Counted from the stretch's first letter, positions 10,074 through 24,078 are shown. The stretch is DNA of 64,000 nt from an uncultured Eubacteriales bacterium (GCA_964477275.1 CAYZDV010000001.1:1002-65001), one strand, 5' to 3'. Made by a program: numbers and translations. Notes: generated from the letters alone by a model not told the origin.

Positions 10074-11443
10074 ACAGAACCACGTCCTTGAAAATCAGCA
10101 TCTCCGGCGTCCGGGGAGTGGTGGGCGAAAGTCTCTCTCCCCAGCTTGTTGCCAGGTTCGCCCAGGCTTTCGGCACTTATTCAGGAAGGGGAGATGTCGT
10201 CGTCGGACAGGACTCGAGGACCTCGGGCCTGATGGTCAAAAAGGCCGTCATATCCGGACTTTTATCGGTCGGATGCCGCCCCGTGGATATCGGAATCTGC
10301 CCCATCCCTTCCATCCAGATTTTTGCCAAACAGGTCAAGGCCATTGGCGGAATCGCGGTCACGGCCAGCCACAACCCCAAAGAATGGAACGGGCTGAAGT
10401 TCATCGGCAGGGAAGGGCATTTTTTGAATCATCATCAGGTGGAGGAATTTCTGGACATCTATCACCAGGGCGAGTTTTCCTTCGTGACTGTCGACGAATA
10501 CAGAATGCCGGAGTTTGAACAAAGCGCGACCGAGACTCATCTCAGCCGCCTGCTTTCCTATTTTGATGCCAACCTGATCAGCGGCAGGAGAATCAAGGTC
10601 GTTATTGATTGCGGCAACGGCGCCGGCGCGGTCCTTGCTCCCCGGTTTTTGAATGCCCTGGGCTGCGATGCGGTACTGCTGAACTGCGTTCCTGACGGAA
10701 AATTCGCCCATCAACCCGAGCCTGTCCCGGAGAACATCGCCGAGCTCTGCCAGAAGGTGGCCGAGCATAAAGCCGACGTGGGCTTTGTTCAGGATACGGA
10801 TGCGGACCGGCTGGCCGTTGTCAGCGAAAAAGGAGAGCCCCTCGGCGAGGAATGGACGCTTCTCCTGGCTGTGAAATATGTCTTGAGCAAAAATCCGGGA
10901 CCGGTGGTGGTCAATCTCTCCACTTCGAGGGCGATGGAAGATATCGCCAGGGACTATAATGTCCCTGTGATCAGGACCAGGATCGGCGAAATCAACGTCG
11001 TCGAGCAGATTCTGGCCCTGGAGGGCAATGCGGCCATCGGAGGCGAAGGAAATGGAGGTGTCATCCTCCCTGAAATTCATCCCTGCCGGGACAGCTTTGC
11101 GGCCATGGGTTTGATTCTGGAATTCATGGCATCATCCTCGAAATCCATTTCAGAGCTCCAGGGAGAATTTCCTCCCTATCACATGATCAAGGAGAAAATG
11201 GAAGGGACACAGGAGCAGGCGTATCACCTCATCAGAAAATTGCGGAGGAAATATGCGGAAACATGCGAAATATCGTTCCTGGATGGGATAATGCTTCAAT
11301 TCGACGACCACTGGGTTCATCTCAGGCCTTCCAACACCGAACCGGTCGTCCGTCTGATCGTGGAAGCCAGAAGCAGGGAAAGGGCAGAAGAGGTCATGAA
11401 CCGCTGGAAAAAAGAAATCCGGGAGATGACAGGATGGAAGTGA
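10070..11443 (+). CDS. Phosphoglucosamine mutase / phosphomannomutase (intact phosphohexomutase)
   Basis: Canonical VTASHNPKEWNG phosphoserine loop and DTDADR Mg loop. Translationally coupled to both upstream and downstream genes. Confidence 0.8.
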   Translation: MNRTTSLKISISGVRGVVGESLSPQLVARFAQAFGTYSGRGDVVVGQDSRTSGLMVKKAVISGLLSVGCRPVDIGICPIPSIQIFAKQVKAIGGIAVTASHNPKEWNGLKFIGREGHFLNHHQVEEFLDIYHQGEFSFVTVDEYRMPEFEQSATETHLSRLLSYFDANLISGRRIKVVIDCGNGAGAVLAPRFLNALGCDAVLLNCVPDGKFAHQPEPVPENIAELCQKVAEHKADVGFVQDTDADRLAVVSEKGEPLGEEWTLLLAVKYVLSKNPGPVVVNLSTSRAMEDIARDYNVPVIRTRIGEINVVEQILALEGNAAIGGEGNGGVILPEIHPCRDSFAAMGLILEFMASSSKSISELQGEFPPYHMIKEKMEGTQEQAYHLIRKLRRKYAETCEISFLDGIMLQFDDHWVHLRPSNTEPVVRLIVEARSRERAEEVMNRWKKEIREMTGWK

Positions 11444-12222
11444 TCATCGTTTCCGGTTACAACGAGGCCTGTGAGGAGGTATCCGGGCTGATCAAACAGG
11501 AATGGCAAAAAAACAAGAGGCTTGTCCTCGGGCTTCCCACCGGAAGAACTCCTCTGGGCATTTATGGAAAGCTCATCGAAATGTTCAGTAAAGGCGAAAT
11601 CGACTTTTCAGAGTTCGTCACCTTTAACCTGGATGAATACCTGGGATTGGAGGCCGACCATCCCCGGAGTTTTGCCTTTTACATGCACGAAAATTTCTTC
11701 CGCCACATCAACATCAAAAAGGAAAACATCCACCGCCTGGATGGAAAGCCTGAAGACATCGATGCCCACTGCCAGGAATACGAGGAGAAAATCAGGCGTG
11801 CGGGAAGAATCGACGTTCAAATTCTGGGTATCGGCCGGAACGGTCACATCGGCTTCAACGAGCCGAGCTCCTCGCTGGCTTCCCGAACGAGGGTCAAAAC
11901 CCTGAGGCCGGAAACCATTGAGGATAACGCCCGTTTTTTCGAGGATGAGGAAGAGATCCCCAGGTTCTGCCTGACCATGGGCATTGGAACCGTGATGGAG
12001 GCCAGGATGATCATTCTCATCGCTTCGGGAAAGAGCAAACGTCAGGCGGTTCTCAACTGCGTGGAAGGACCGGTGACGGCTTCTGTCCCGGCCTCTGTGC
12101 TCCAGCTTCATCCGCAGGCCAAGATCGTCATCGACGAAGATGCTGCATCGCTTCTGAGCGGGAAAGATTACTACAAATGGATCTACAGGAATAAATACCG
12201 CGTCAAAGATTTCTTGAAGTAA
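11434..12222 (+). CDS. nagB: Glucosamine-6-phosphate deaminase
   Basis: MEVIIV...LGLPTGRTPLGIYGKL...ILGIGRNGHIGFNEP are NagB family motifs. The ATG at 11434 overlaps the upstream stop. Confidence 0.85.
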   Translation: MEVIIVSGYNEACEEVSGLIKQEWQKNKRLVLGLPTGRTPLGIYGKLIEMFSKGEIDFSEFVTFNLDEYLGLEADHPRSFAFYMHENFFRHINIKKENIHRLDGKPEDIDAHCQEYEEKIRRAGRIDVQILGIGRNGHIGFNEPSSSLASRTRVKTLRPETIEDNARFFEDEEEIPRFCLTMGIGTVMEARMIILIASGKSKRQAVLNCVEGPVTASVPASVLQLHPQAKIVIDEDAASLLSGKDYYKWIYRNKYRVKDFLK

Positions 12223-12223
12223 A

Positions 12224-13372
12224 ATGTCTGGCTATACTCTCCTCAAGAATTGCGACATTTACACTCCTTCGAGGTTCATCGAGAACGGATGCATCCTCAT
12301 CGCGGGAGAAAGAATCGTCAGGAACGGACTACTGGAAGAGCTTGAAGTTCCCAGAGGGACGAAGGTCTTCAATTTCAGAGACCACATCGCCGTTCCGGGC
12401 TTCATCGACATTCATCTCCACGGCGGAGGGGGCCGGGATTTCATGGGTGCGACGGCGGAAGAAATAGCAGAGGCCTTGAGAGTCCATCTCAGGAACGGGA
12501 CAACCTCAGTCCTGCCCACGCTGCTCACAGACTCGCATGAGCGAATGCTCTCCACGATCAAAACTCTCCTCGAAGTGCAGAAAAAAGCTGAGGACATCCC
12601 GGAAATTATCGGGTTGAACCTGGAAGGTCCTTATATTTCCAGAGAAAAAAGCGGTGCTCAGTTGACAAAATACATCCGCAGGCCGTCTCTTCCGGAGCTG
12701 AAAGAGTACATCGAGACTTCGGAGGGGAAGGTTAAAATTCTGACCGTTGCTCCGGAAATCGAGGGAGCTCCGGCTGTGATCCGCTTTCTGACCGAAAAAG
12801 GAGTCATTCCCTCAGCCGGACACACCAACGCCACCTTTGAGCAGATGGAAAAGGCCATCAAATCGGGCATCCGGCTGGGCGTTCATCTCTTCAATGCCAT
12901 GAGGGGCATCGCTCACCGCGAGCCCGGGGCTGCCGGCGCCTTGCTTTTGAACGATGAGGTCTATGTCGAAGTCGTGGCCGACGGAGTCCATCTCCATCCT
13001 TCCATCCTCAGGCTGATCACCAGGGTGAAGCCCGCAGGAAAAATCATTCTGGTCACCGACGCCACCAGGTTTTACGGGTTCAGGAAAGGCCCGACTTACA
13101 ACAGAGCCGGAAGGCTTTTTGGCAGCAACACGCCCCTCTGGTTTGCACTGAGCAACATGATTCAGTATACAGAGATGTCGTTCAGGCAGCTCGTGAAAAC
13201 CGTCACCTCCAACCCTGCCCGGCTTCTGGGGATCCAAGCCCGAAAGGGTTGCCTCAGAAGGAGAAGCGATGCCGACATCGTGCTCCTGGACAGAGAGCTG
13301 AAGGTGAAACACGTGTTTATCCGGGGGAAGAAAGTCCACCTCGCCCCGGGCAGCTCGCGGCCGCCGGCCTGA
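12224..13372 (+). CDS. nagA: N-acetylglucosamine-6-phosphate deacetylase
   Basis: PGFIDIHLHGGGG and GVHLFNAM motifs of the NagA amidohydrolase. Starts 1 nt after the nagB stop. Confidence 0.85.
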   Translation: MSGYTLLKNCDIYTPSRFIENGCILIAGERIVRNGLLEELEVPRGTKVFNFRDHIAVPGFIDIHLHGGGGRDFMGATAEEIAEALRVHLRNGTTSVLPTLLTDSHERMLSTIKTLLEVQKKAEDIPEIIGLNLEGPYISREKSGAQLTKYIRRPSLPELKEYIETSEGKVKILTVAPEIEGAPAVIRFLTEKGVIPSAGHTNATFEQMEKAIKSGIRLGVHLFNAMRGIAHREPGAAGALLLNDEVYVEVVADGVHLHPSILRLITRVKPAGKIILVTDATRFYGFRKGPTYNRAGRLFGSNTPLWFALSNMIQYTEMSFRQLVKTVTSNPARLLGIQARKGCLRRRSDADIVLLDRELKVKHVFIRGKKVHLAPGSSRPPA

Positions 13373-13476
13373 GCAGGCGAGGAATTCGCGACCTTTGTCT
13401 GGATTGCCGGGATTGTGGTCAACGAGGACAGCCAGATTCCCTGCCTTGTTAACTCCTTTTTTGAGAGGAGGAGAAG

Positions 13477-14340
13477 ATGAGAACAAGACCCTGCTTGTGG
13501 ACAGTGTTGATGGTTTTTCTTATGAATTTCTCTCTTGTGGCTCAGGAAAAAGCGCAAGAGCAGGATAAGTTCGGCTGGAAGAAGGACATGGTGGGTTCCC
13601 TCAACCTGACCCAGGCCAGCTTCAGCAACTGGGCTGCTGGAGGCGACAATGCCTTTGCCTGGCAGATCAATCTGAGCTTCGGGTTCCTCAATACCCGAAA
13701 AAAAACAATGTGGGCCAATTCCGGAAAGCTGGCCTATGGAGCGACCAAGATCGGAGGCCAGGATTTTCGCAAGTCCATCGATGAGCTCAAGCTGGAGAGT
13801 GTTCTTGTCTTCAAGATGGGAACATACATCAATCCGTTTGTCGCGGTGACGGGCGAGACGCAGTTCGGACCCGGATACAACTATGCCACAATACCCAGGA
13901 GCCAGATATCGGATTTCATGGACCCCGCATATTTCCGCGAGAGCATCGGAATCGGGTTTGAACCTGACAGAATCGTCCGGACGCGACTGGGATTTGCCCT
14001 GAAACAGACCATCACCCGCAATTTTCCCATTCCTTACGCCGACAATCCCGAAACAGTCGACAAAATCGAGAAATTCAGGAATGAAGCCGGCCTGGAATCG
14101 GTCACGGACATCAACTGGAAGCTGAGCAAGAAGACGTTGTTTACCTCAAAAATGGAGCTCTTCTATGGCTTCAATGCGATCAAGAGCACAGATGTCCGCT
14201 GGGATAATGTCCTGGTCTTCAAGTTCTCCGAGCACATCAACGTCAACTTCAATTTCAGGCTGGTCTACGACAGGGACATCTCCCCCAGACGTCAGATCCA
14301 GCAATCCATTGCTCTGGGCCTGACCTGGAGCTTTTTTTAG
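13477..14340 (+). CDS. Outer-membrane beta-barrel protein (DUF3078-like), signal peptide
   Basis: Signal peptide, alternating amphipathic beta-strand pattern, and a C-terminal ...LTWSFF aromatic end typical of outer-membrane barrels. Confidence 0.5.
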   Translation: MRTRPCLWTVLMVFLMNFSLVAQEKAQEQDKFGWKKDMVGSLNLTQASFSNWAAGGDNAFAWQINLSFGFLNTRKKTMWANSGKLAYGATKIGGQDFRKSIDELKLESVLVFKMGTYINPFVAVTGETQFGPGYNYATIPRSQISDFMDPAYFRESIGIGFEPDRIVRTRLGFALKQTITRNFPIPYADNPETVDKIEKFRNEAGLESVTDINWKLSKKTLFTSKMELFYGFNAIKSTDVRWDNVLVFKFSEHINVNFNFRLVYDRDISPRRQIQQSIALGLTWSFF

Positions 14341-14351
14341 AGGAAACTCAA

Positions 14352-15797
14352 ATGAATACGAAACATCTGAAAGGTTTGATGGGCCTTTGGGTTCCTGTTT
14401 TTTTCTTTTTGACTCTGGTCACTTGCTCGACGCAGAAGGATGAATCAGCCGGGGTTCGAAGCGGCAGAGAGAGAGTCGCTTCTGAATCAAAGGAGGAGAG
14501 GGACAGGCGGATGGCCTGGTGGAGAGAGGCGCGCTTTGGCCTGTTCATCCACTGGGGCCTTTATGCCCTGCCGGCCGGAGAATGGAAAGGAGAGACGCGC
14601 CATGGCGAATGGATCCTCCATACCGCGCAAATCCCGGTGGAGGAATACGAAAAATTTGCCACCCGGTTCAATCCTGTCCGGTTCAACGCCGCTCAGTGGG
14701 TGAGGCTGGCCAGGGAAGCGGGAATGAAATACATCGTCATCACCAGCAAGCACCACGACGGGTTCTGCCTCTTCGACTCGCGCCTTACCGAATACGATGT
14801 GAAGGATGCCACGCCCTTTAAGAGGGACATCCTGAAGGAGCTTGCCCGGGAATGCCATCAACAGGGAATCCAGATCTGCTGGTACTATTCCATCATGGAC
14901 TGGCATCATCCGGACTACCTTCCGCGCCGCAACTGGGAGACGCGGCCGGCGGAAAGTGCGGACTTCAATCGCTATATCGCTTATATGAAAGGACAGGTCA
15001 AGGAGTTACTCACAAACTATGGAGAAGTCGGCGTCCTCTGGTTCGACGGTGAATGGGAGGACACCTGGGACCATGAAAAGGGGGATGACCTCTACCGCTA
15101 TGTCCGTTCTCTTTCTCCCGGAATCATTATCAACAACCGGGTGGGCAAAGGAAGAGCGGGTATGGCCGGTACCTTCGACCCCGCCAAGGCAGCCGGAGAC
15201 TTCGGCACTCCCGAGCAGGAAATCCCGCTCACAGGCCTGGATTATGACTGGGAAACCTGCATGACCATGAATGACCACTGGGGATACAACGCGCATAATG
15301 CGAACTGGAAATCGACCGAAGACTTGATCCGCAAGCTGGTGGATATTGCCAGCAAGGGAGGAAATTTTCTTCTTAACGTTGGACCCACGGCTGAAGGATT
15401 GATTCCTGAACCGAGCGTGGAGAGGCTGGCCGCCATCGGCCGATGGATGAAGGTCAACGGAGAGAGCATTTACGGCACCACGGCAAGCCTGTTCTCTGAG
15501 CTGGGTTGGGGCCGCAGCACGACGAAGGGAAACAAGATATTCCTCCATGTTTTTGACTGGCCGGAGGAGAGAGAGCTGCATCTTCCGGGTCTTATCAGCA
15601 GGCCTGAGGCAGCCTTTTTCCTTGCCGACCCCGCACAAAAACTGAAGATGGATGAGAGGAACGGGGAGGCTTTCGTTCTCCTGCCGGAGAAAGCTCCGGA
15701 TCCGGCTGTTTCGGTCATCGCGCTCGAGTTTGGAGAAAGGCCGGAAGTGGCGAGATCGCCTTCAATCATCCCTCATGATGCTGGTGTTTGGCGGTGA
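14352..15797 (+). CDS. Alpha-L-fucosidase, glycoside hydrolase family 29, secreted
   Basis: WWREARFGLFIHWGLYA...ITSKHHDGFCLFDS...WYYSIMDWHHPDY are GH29 hallmarks. Confidence 0.85.
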   Translation: MNTKHLKGLMGLWVPVFFFLTLVTCSTQKDESAGVRSGRERVASESKEERDRRMAWWREARFGLFIHWGLYALPAGEWKGETRHGEWILHTAQIPVEEYEKFATRFNPVRFNAAQWVRLAREAGMKYIVITSKHHDGFCLFDSRLTEYDVKDATPFKRDILKELARECHQQGIQICWYYSIMDWHHPDYLPRRNWETRPAESADFNRYIAYMKGQVKELLTNYGEVGVLWFDGEWEDTWDHEKGDDLYRYVRSLSPGIIINNRVGKGRAGMAGTFDPAKAAGDFGTPEQEIPLTGLDYDWETCMTMNDHWGYNAHNANWKSTEDLIRKLVDIASKGGNFLLNVGPTAEGLIPEPSVERLAAIGRWMKVNGESIYGTTASLFSELGWGRSTTKGNKIFLHVFDWPEERELHLPGLISRPEAAFFLADPAQKLKMDERNGEAFVLLPEKAPDPAVSVIALEFGERPEVARSPSIIPHDAGVWR

Positions 15798-16026
15798 TGA
15801 TCACCTGCTTCATCCCAGCTTCCTGGCACACTCTGATCCACTGGCGAGCATCCAGGGCCGTGGGATTGAAAAGTGTCGGGCCTTCCTCTCCTGTCCCCCA
15901 TTCCCGGTCTGTAAAAGTGTTGATCCCGAAATGGAGAAAAGCACTGAACTCCATCTCCTGCCAGGATATCTGCCGGGAGAAGGGGACACCCCATGCCACC
16001 CATCCTCTTTCTCCATTACCCAACAA
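15766..16026 (-). pseudogene. Truncated GH29 alpha-L-fucosidase fragment (N-terminal catalytic-domain remnant)
   Basis: FSAFLHFGINTFTDREWGTGEE...ARQWIRVCQEAGMKQVIITAKHQHHEG matches the GH29 N-terminal region. It runs antisense into the 3' end of the intact GH29 gene, so it cannot be full length. Confidence 0.5.
15983..16006 (+). repeat. GC-rich repeat family B, copy 1 (GGGGACACCCCATGCCACCCATCC)
   Basis: The same 22-24 nt core recurs at 24167-24188 and 51707-51730. It contains the GGGGTGTCCCC mini-hairpin. Confidence 0.55.
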
Positions 16027-16064
16027 CTTCAGCCCAACGAGGATGGCAGGCGCAAAGGGCTCGG

Positions 16065-16110
16065 GATGGTTCGCTCAAACTCCCGCTCACTTTGCCCCGG
16101 CGAGGCAAGG
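16065..16110 (+). repeat. Repeat family C, copy 1 (hairpin CTTTGCC-CCGGCGA-GGCAAGG)
   Basis: About 80% identical over about 45 bp to 47176-47225. It has a 6-7 bp stem with a 7-nt loop. Confidence 0.45.
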
Positions 16111-16213
16111 CCTCCTCTGAGTCTTTCCTGTTGAACTTCATCTTCCGTTGGTATATTTTACGTAAAGAAGCCGATAGCAGAGCAAGGTGAAAAACCGAGT
16201 GAAGGAGTGGAAC

Positions 16214-16570
16214 ATGAATAATAGAACATTCTGTTTCCTTCTTTTTTTGCTCTGCGCCTCATCGGTTGCTTTTGCCGGTGAGGCAGCGGGAGAAAGCGCG
16301 GCTGGCGAGATCGAGATGCCGAGGCCAGAATATCCCCGGCCCCAGTTTGTCAGGCCGGAATGTGTGAATCCGGACGGGAAATGGACATTTGCCTTTGATT
16401 TGGGAAAATCCGGAAAAGAACGAGGCCTCAGCCGGAGCCGGCGAATTGAAAGAGAGATCCTCGTCCCCCTCTGTTATGAAGGCCAGCCCGATATCGTCGA
16501 TGAATACGGGGGGATCAAGTGGATCTTCAGCAAGCTGCAGATAACAAAACGGGGAGAAGAGGGGGGATGA
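16214..16570 (+). pseudogene. Short secreted ORF resembling the N-terminus of a glycoside hydrolase (possible truncated remnant)
   Basis: Signal peptide, then PEYPRPQFVRPE...W.F.FD, a pattern typical of GH2-like N-terminal sugar-binding domains. It ends after 118 aa, and its stop overlaps the start of the next gene. AAGGAG RBS before the ATG at 16214. Confidence 0.3.
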
Positions 16571-17601
16571 AAATGGGCATCGGATGGAAGCCGCCGGATG
16601 ACTGGAGAGTAATCACCACCATTGACGCCCATGCGGCCGGCGAGCCGCTGAGAGTGGTGACCGGAGGTCTGGAGGAAATCCCAGGAAAAACCATCCTGGA
16701 AAAAAGACGCTACGCCATGGAGCATCTGGATGATATTCGCACAGGGCTATTGTGGGAGCCCAGGGGCCATGCGGACATGTACGGCGCAATCATCACCGAA
16801 CCGGTCACTGCAGATGGTGACCTGGGCGTGCTGTTCATGCACAACGAGGGATTCAGCACTATGTGCGGTCACGGAGTCATCGCTTTGACCAAGGTCGCTC
16901 TGGATACAGGGCTGATTATCAAGCGGGGCGGTGAGCCGGTTTTGAACCTGGATACGCCGGCCGGAAGGGTCACGGTTAGGGCACACAGGGAAAAAAGCGA
17001 GGTCGAGGAGGTGTCCTTCCAGAACGTTCCTTCCTTTGTTTACAAGCGGAATCAGATGATCGAACTCGCAGAATTCGGGACGGTCCAGTACGACGTCGCT
17101 TTCGGAGGAGCATTCTATGCCTTCTGCCAGGCAGAAGAGCTTCAGCTCGGCCTTGAGCCCGGAGATTTCCAGAGCCTGCGCCATGCCGGACAGCGGATCA
17201 AGCAAGCGGTGATGGAGAGCCTGGACATCGAACATCCATACGAGAGAGACCTCGGGTTTCTTTATGGAACCATCTTTGTTGGGCCGGCCAGAGACCCATC
17301 CCACCACAGTCGCAATGTATGTGTTTTCGCCGATGGGGAGGTGGACCGGTCTCCCACCGGAACCGGGGTCAGCGCCCGCGCCGCCATCCACCATGACCAG
17401 GGAGAGCTGGACATCGGAAAGTCCATCACCATCGAGAGCATTCTGGACACCTGTTTTGAGGTGAAGATCGTCAAAGCCGTTGACTTTGGAGTCTACAGGG
17501 CAGTGATTCCAGAGGTCACAGGAAGCGCTCACATCACGGGCCAGAGCATCTTCTGCTTTGATCCCGCCGATCCCTTGAAAAAAGGCTTTATTTTCCGGTA
17601 G
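16567..17601 (+). CDS. Proline racemase family enzyme, predicted trans-3-hydroxy-L-proline dehydratase (Cys/Thr catalytic pair)
   Basis: HAAGEPLRVVTGG...FSTMCGHG keeps the first catalytic Cys. The second catalytic position reads DRSPTGTGVSA, with Thr instead of Cys, which is the signature of the dehydratase subfamily. Confidence 0.7.
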   Translation: MKMGIGWKPPDDWRVITTIDAHAAGEPLRVVTGGLEEIPGKTILEKRRYAMEHLDDIRTGLLWEPRGHADMYGAIITEPVTADGDLGVLFMHNEGFSTMCGHGVIALTKVALDTGLIIKRGGEPVLNLDTPAGRVTVRAHREKSEVEEVSFQNVPSFVYKRNQMIELAEFGTVQYDVAFGGAFYAFCQAEELQLGLEPGDFQSLRHAGQRIKQAVMESLDIEHPYERDLGFLYGTIFVGPARDPSHHSRNVCVFADGEVDRSPTGTGVSARAAIHHDQGELDIGKSITIESILDTCFEVKIVKAVDFGVYRAVIPEVTGSAHITGQSIFCFDPADPLKKGFIFR

Positions 17602-17631
17602 GCTCTGGATGATTGCCGTGGAACGGAAAAC

Positions 17632-22168
<4,537 letters not shown>

Positions 22169-22196
22169 AGGACGATCGAGAATGCCGCCAGCCCTG

Positions 22197-23231
22197 TCAT
22201 TCCCCTCGACGCATTATCAGCCGGAAAACCAGGGACGGTGGAGCGAAATCTCCGAGAGAACCAGACCTCTTTTCTCCTGAAAGGTTCTCTGGGGAGTTTT
22301 CCTCAACAGGATGAAAAGGATAGTTCTTTCCAGCCAGGAAAATTTTTCCTCCGGCATCGACGATAATCGCGCCGTAGTCCGGATATTTTTCCAGGATTTT
22401 TTCCGGCTGTTCACAGACAAAAAGGGCTGTGGAGAGGGCATCAGAGAGCAGAGTTTCAGGACCGCAGACCGTGACACTCTGCTTGCCCTGGGCAGGATAT
22501 CCTGTCCTGGGGTCAAAGACATGGTGATAGCGAAGGCCGTCTTTGATGAAGTACCGCTGGTAATCGCCCGTGGTCGCAGCTCCCAGCCCGGAGATGGAGA
22601 GGATTCCCAGGTAGCCATTCTGGCGGGGATGTTTGATGCCCACCTTCCAGGGCTCAGCGTTCGGGTTTGTCCCCCAGCAGTAAAGGTCGCCGCCGGCGTT
22701 AATAAACCCTCTGGAGATTCCCATCTCAAGGAGAGCCCGGGAGGCCAGGTCGACGGCAAAACCTTTGGCGATGCCCCCCCAGTCGAGAGCCATTCCCGGT
22801 TGAAGGCGAAGGAGATCGTTTTCCTCCTTGATTTTTTCCATGCCCACCTTTCCGAGAAGCGACTGAATCCGTTGAGGAGAAGGGATGCAGTCAGACTTGG
22901 TGAGGAAACCCCATTCCCTGGTCAACGGAGCCACCGTGATATCGAAACAGCCCTCTGAATTGCGGTGGACCATCAGAGCTTTTCGGTAGAGGGTGATCAC
23001 CATCGGAGATGAGAGATCCTCGCTTCCAGGGGAGAAGCGGGATTCAATTTCCGAGAAAATGCTCTGGATTTTTTCCAGAGCGAGTTTAAAAGTCGAAGGT
23101 GAGCAGAAAACGCTGACCTCACAGAGCGTATCGAAAACGGCCAGGGTGGAGGTCTGCCACCTGTCTTTCAGCCGGCACTGGATATTCAAGAAAAGAAAAG
23201 CGAAAAACAGAAGGGAAAACTTTTTAGCCAA
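22197..23231 (-). CDS. apbE: FAD:protein FMN transferase (ApbE family), lipoprotein
   Basis: ...GGIAKGFAVD...ISGLGAATTGDYQRYF...HHVFDPRTGYPA are ApbE motifs. The start is inferred as TTG at 23231, giving a lipoprotein signal (...LFLNIQC). The start is uncertain. Confidence 0.7.
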   Translation of the reverse strand: MAKKFSLLFFAFLFLNIQCRLKDRWQTSTLAVFDTLCEVSVFCSPSTFKLALEKIQSIFSEIESRFSPGSEDLSSPMVITLYRKALMVHRNSEGCFDITVAPLTREWGFLTKSDCIPSPQRIQSLLGKVGMEKIKEENDLLRLQPGMALDWGGIAKGFAVDLASRALLEMGISRGFINAGGDLYCWGTNPNAEPWKVGIKHPRQNGYLGILSISGLGAATTGDYQRYFIKDGLRYHHVFDPRTGYPAQGKQSVTVCGPETLLSDALSTALFVCEQPEKILEKYPDYGAIIVDAGGKIFLAGKNYPFHPVEENSPENLSGEKRSGSLGDFAPPSLVFRLIMRRGE

Positions 23232-23957
23232 TGGATGTATCGACAGCAGGAGAGCCCTCAATTTGCAGCAGAAGGCGGTTGGGAGCGCAGATGATGCGCT
23301 CCCCGGCCAGAGAGGCAGGAGAGGAATAGCAGCAGACTTGATTCCGGCAGGAAGATTCCACAATCCAGGCTTTTCCGTCTTTCACCCTGAGCGTTACAGG
23401 CCCTCTCCGGGCAGCATAGGTGTGCGTGATGTTTTCTGCGAGGGGAATCCGGTCGACTCTCTGTCCATTCTTATACACAGAGAGATATTTTCCGCCCAGA
23501 TGACTTCTTTGTCTTTTTTTCAGGGAAGCAACCGTCAACCAGGCTGAGACCGCATGATTTTCGGTCATTTCTTTCCAGAGCGGGAGAAGTTTCGACGACC
23601 GGATATCCAGAATTTGACCATTCCTGACCAGAGTGAAGGAAGGACGTGCGCGGCCGCGCAGGGAAGAGGAGGAGATGGTCAGCGCTGCCCGAGAGGGCTC
23701 AGCTGCTGGCTTCCAGGCCTTTCGGACAAGGCTTCGCTTGACAGCTTCTTCCCTGGGATGCCTGTTGACAAAAGCGAAAGTCGTCTCCGGCAACGCCTGG
23801 TATTTCTGGATCCCTTCCAGAAGCTGTCCGATGAAAAGGTGTGGCTCGTCTCCCACGAGAAAGAGCTCGATATCGCTTGCGGATGTTCTTGAAGCCAGAA
23901 GGAGGGGAGTCAGCAGCGGCGTGGTCAGAACGGTCTTGAAAAAATGTCGTCTGTCCA
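23224..23957 (-). CDS. TAT-exported hypothetical protein (MDRRHFFKT twin-arginine signal), Cys-containing C-terminus
   Basis: RRHFFK TAT motif plus hydrophobic stretch. GGGAGG RBS 5 nt upstream of the ATG at 23957. No recognisable catalytic motif. Stop overlaps the apbE start. Confidence 0.4.
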
Positions 23958-24078
23958 TGGTCACCTCCCGGAATCTACGGATTCATCGACCCAAATTTTT
24001 ATTCAATCCGCAAAAAAAGTCAAATCAATTAAGGCATGTGTAAGCATCTTTTTTTCCGTGAAGGCTAATATTTTTTTT

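Noticed and set aside
15983-16006. Repeat B core read as a sigma-54 promoter (TGGCAT-N5-TGTCC)
   Set aside because: The -12 element lacks the conserved GC dinucleotide. Spacing and flanks do not fit the TGGCAC-N5-TTGCW consensus.
22311-22958. 215-aa plus-strand ORF
   Set aside because: Antisense to the apbE gene.
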